From: Thermoplasmatota archaeon | Lineage (GTDB): Archaea > Thermoplasmatota > E2 > JACPAO01 > JAHFTW01 | Assembly: GCA_041623215.1 (NCBI GenBank) | Contig: JBFJXH010000004.1 | Span: forward strand, 1 to 36,696 | Direction: 5' to 3' | Length of the DNA stretch: 36,696 nucleotides | In this document: one piece after another, positions 34,875 through 36,696 of the stretch | Numbering within the stretch: the first letter of the stretch is position 1 | Layout of the letters: the number at the start of each line of letters is the position of its first letter | Program-made: the position numbers and the translations under genes | The notes under the pieces: generated by a model | Told to the model about the DNA's origin: nothing | Databases searched by the model: none | What the model saw: the letters and a program-made list of their open reading frames with translations, nothing else

Positions 34875-36431
34875 GTGTCCGTCCAGGAACGCATCGACGA
34901 CCTCCGCGAACGCAAGGCCGCCAGTCTGGAAGGCGGGGGGCCAGCACGGATCGAGAAACAGCACGCGCGCGGCAAATACACGGCGCGCGAGCGCATTGAC
35001 CTCTTGATGGATGCCGGCTCATTTGTGGAGCTTGATTCACTTCGTGAGCACGAATGTTCCGACTTCGGCATGGACCGCAAAGCCATCCCCGGCGACGGTG
35101 TGGTGACGGGATGGGGGACCGTCGATGGGCGACTGACCTACGTCTTCGCGCAGGACTTCACAGTTTTCGGCGGCAGCCTTGGCATGGTCTTTGCGCAGAA
35201 GATTTGCAAAGTCATGGATTTGGCCGTGCAAAATGGCGCGCCCGTTATTGGCCTCAACGATTCCGGCGGCGCCCGCATCCAAGAAGGCGTCGTAAGTCTC
35301 GCCGGCTACGCCGACATCTTTCATCGCAACGTTCAGGCCAGTGGCGTCGTGCCACAAATTAGTGCCATTCTTGGACCCTGCGCAGGTGGCGCCGTCTATT
35401 CTCCGGCCATCACGGATTTTATCCTGATGGTCGAGGATACGAGCCACATGTTCATCACTGGACCAGAGGTCGTGAAGACGGTCACGGGTGAGGAGGTAAG
35501 CATGGACGACCTGGGTGGCGCCCACGCGCACGCGGGGACCTCTGGGGTGGCCCACTTCGCCTACCCCGACGAGGAGGCTTGCATCGAGGGCATCAAGCAG
35601 CTGCTGGCTTACCTGCCTAGCAACAACCTGATTGATGCGCCGCTCATCGAGCCAACCGATGACGCAAACCGGCGCGATCACGAATTAGTGGACTTGGTCC
35701 CGGACGACCCCGACAAGCCGTACGACATGCTAGACGTCATCCGCCGCATCGTCGACGCAAATAGCTGGCTCGAGGTGCACGCCGAGCATGCCCGCAACAT
35801 CGTGTGCGGCTTTGCTCGCCTCAACGGTCGAAGCGTCGGAATCGTCGGCAACCAACCGGCGATTCTAGCCGGAGTCCTGGACATTGATGCGAGCGTCAAG
35901 GCGGCCCGGTTTGTCCGTACCTGCGACGCCTTCAACATTCCCCTCGTGACGTTCGTGGATGTCCCCGGATTCTTGCCAGGTGTCGACCAAGAGCACCGGG
36001 GGATTATTCGCCACGGCGCCAAGTTGCTCTACGCCTACTCGGAAGCTACGGTACCCAAGCTGACCGTCATTACACGGAAGGCCTACGGCGGCGCCTACGA
36101 CGTCATGTGCTCCAAGCATGTCGGCGCCGACTACAATGTCGCGTGGCCGTCGGCGGAGATTGCGGTCATGGGACCCGACGGTGCGGTCAACATCGTGTTT
36201 CGCCATGAATTAGCGGGCCTGGACGGTGCTGCATTCGACGCCCGTAAAGCGGAGCTCGTCCAAGATTACAAGGACAAATTCGCCAACCCCTACGTGGCTG
36301 CCCGGAAGGGCTACGTGGATGATGTCATTGAGCCCCAGGAGTCCCGGCCATCTTTGATTCGCGCACTTGAATCAATGGTCAACAAGCGGGTGGAAGGCCC
36401 GAAGCGGAAGCACGGCAACATCCCGCTATAG
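34875..36431 (+). CDS. pccB: Acyl-CoA carboxylase carboxyltransferase beta subunit (propionyl-CoA carboxylase beta / methylmalonyl-CoA decarboxylase alpha family)
   Basis: [77 protein letters not shown]. Confidence 0.93.
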   Translation: MSVQERIDDLRERKAASLEGGGPARIEKQHARGKYTARERIDLLMDAGSFVELDSLREHECSDFGMDRKAIPGDGVVTGWGTVDGRLTYVFAQDFTVFGGSLGMVFAQKICKVMDLAVQNGAPVIGLNDSGGARIQEGVVSLAGYADIFHRNVQASGVVPQISAILGPCAGGAVYSPAITDFILMVEDTSHMFITGPEVVKTVTGEEVSMDDLGGAHAHAGTSGVAHFAYPDEEACIEGIKQLLAYLPSNNLIDAPLIEPTDDANRRDHELVDLVPDDPDKPYDMLDVIRRIVDANSWLEVHAEHARNIVCGFARLNGRSVGIVGNQPAILAGVLDIDASVKAARFVRTCDAFNIPLVTFVDVPGFLPGVDQEHRGIIRHGAKLLYAYSEATVPKLTVITRKAYGGAYDVMCSKHVGADYNVAWPSAEIAVMGPDGAVNIVFRHELAGLDGAAFDARKAELVQDYKDKFANPYVAARKGYVDDVIEPQESRPSLIRALESMVNKRVEGPKRKHGNIPL

Positions 36432-36488
36432 TCGGCTGAATGCACCGCCCGTACAGGCCCCAACCCCGTGGCTTGCAAGGGGTGTGCG

Positions 36489-36695
36489 TCAACGTGAATC
36501 GTCGCGTCGGCGCGCCGCCATTACCATGGCCAAAGCAGCCCCCGCGCCCAGTAGCGTTACCAGCGCTGAGGGCCCGGGCGCGCCGGCATCTTCCTCCACC
36601 GTGAACGTCCAGCGAGCAACGCCTTCTCCGCCCGCTTCGTTGGTGACCTCTACGGCGACGGCATGGAGTCCCGGCTTCAAGCCGCCGAAGGCCGC
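36489..36695 (-). CDS. C-terminal fragment of a surface protein: Ig-like strands plus a PGF-CTERM-like sorting signal
   Basis: ...GLHAVAVEVTNEAGGEGVARWTFTV, then APGP, a hydrophobic helix and RRR. The ORF is open to the window end. Confidence 0.75.
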   Translation of the reverse strand, partial: AAFGGLKPGLHAVAVEVTNEAGGEGVARWTFTVEEDAGAPGPSALVTLLGAGAALAMVMAARRRDDSR

Positions 36696-36696
36696 C

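Noticed and set aside
1..36696. CRISPR arrays, IS elements, rRNA, RNase P or SRP RNA
   Set aside because: I saw no regularly spaced repeats, transposase motifs or conserved RNA signatures on either strand.

Overview
GC-rich archaeal chromosomal segment, most consistent with a Thermoplasmatota-type euryarchaeon (inferred from gene content). Core genes: the proteasome alpha/SBDS/Rrp4 superoperon, intein-free PolD DP2, L40e, class I LysRS, tRNA-Arg(CCG), prefoldin beta, TrmI, AspRS, TrkH and an acyl-CoA carboxylase beta subunit. Accessory genes, several bacterial-like: a PlsB/GPAT-like acyltransferase, Fpg/MutM, a 7Fe ferredoxin, a split sarcosine-oxidase/proline-dehydrogenase-like operon, a CopT/CopZ-like pair, lipoproteins and a MacB/LolCDE-like ABC system. 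I saw no CRISPR array, integrase or transposase. Best candidates for undescribed biology: (1) 26139-27033, where a perfect 14-bp palindrome and TATA box precede a ~130-nt structured leader RNA and two micro-ORFs missing from the ORF track, divergent from a winged-helix regulator; (2) an acyl-CoA-dehydrogenase-fold protein apparently lacking both canonical catalytic glutamates, 4 nt upstream of a pseudo-receiver/PAS histidine kinase; (3) a Lys/Ala-rich protein with a likely membrane-binding N-terminal helix and two C-x9-C-x10-C-x2-H fingers; (4) a lipoprotein with two His/Cys-conserved repeats. All family assignments come from recognising motifs by eye; no database searches were run.
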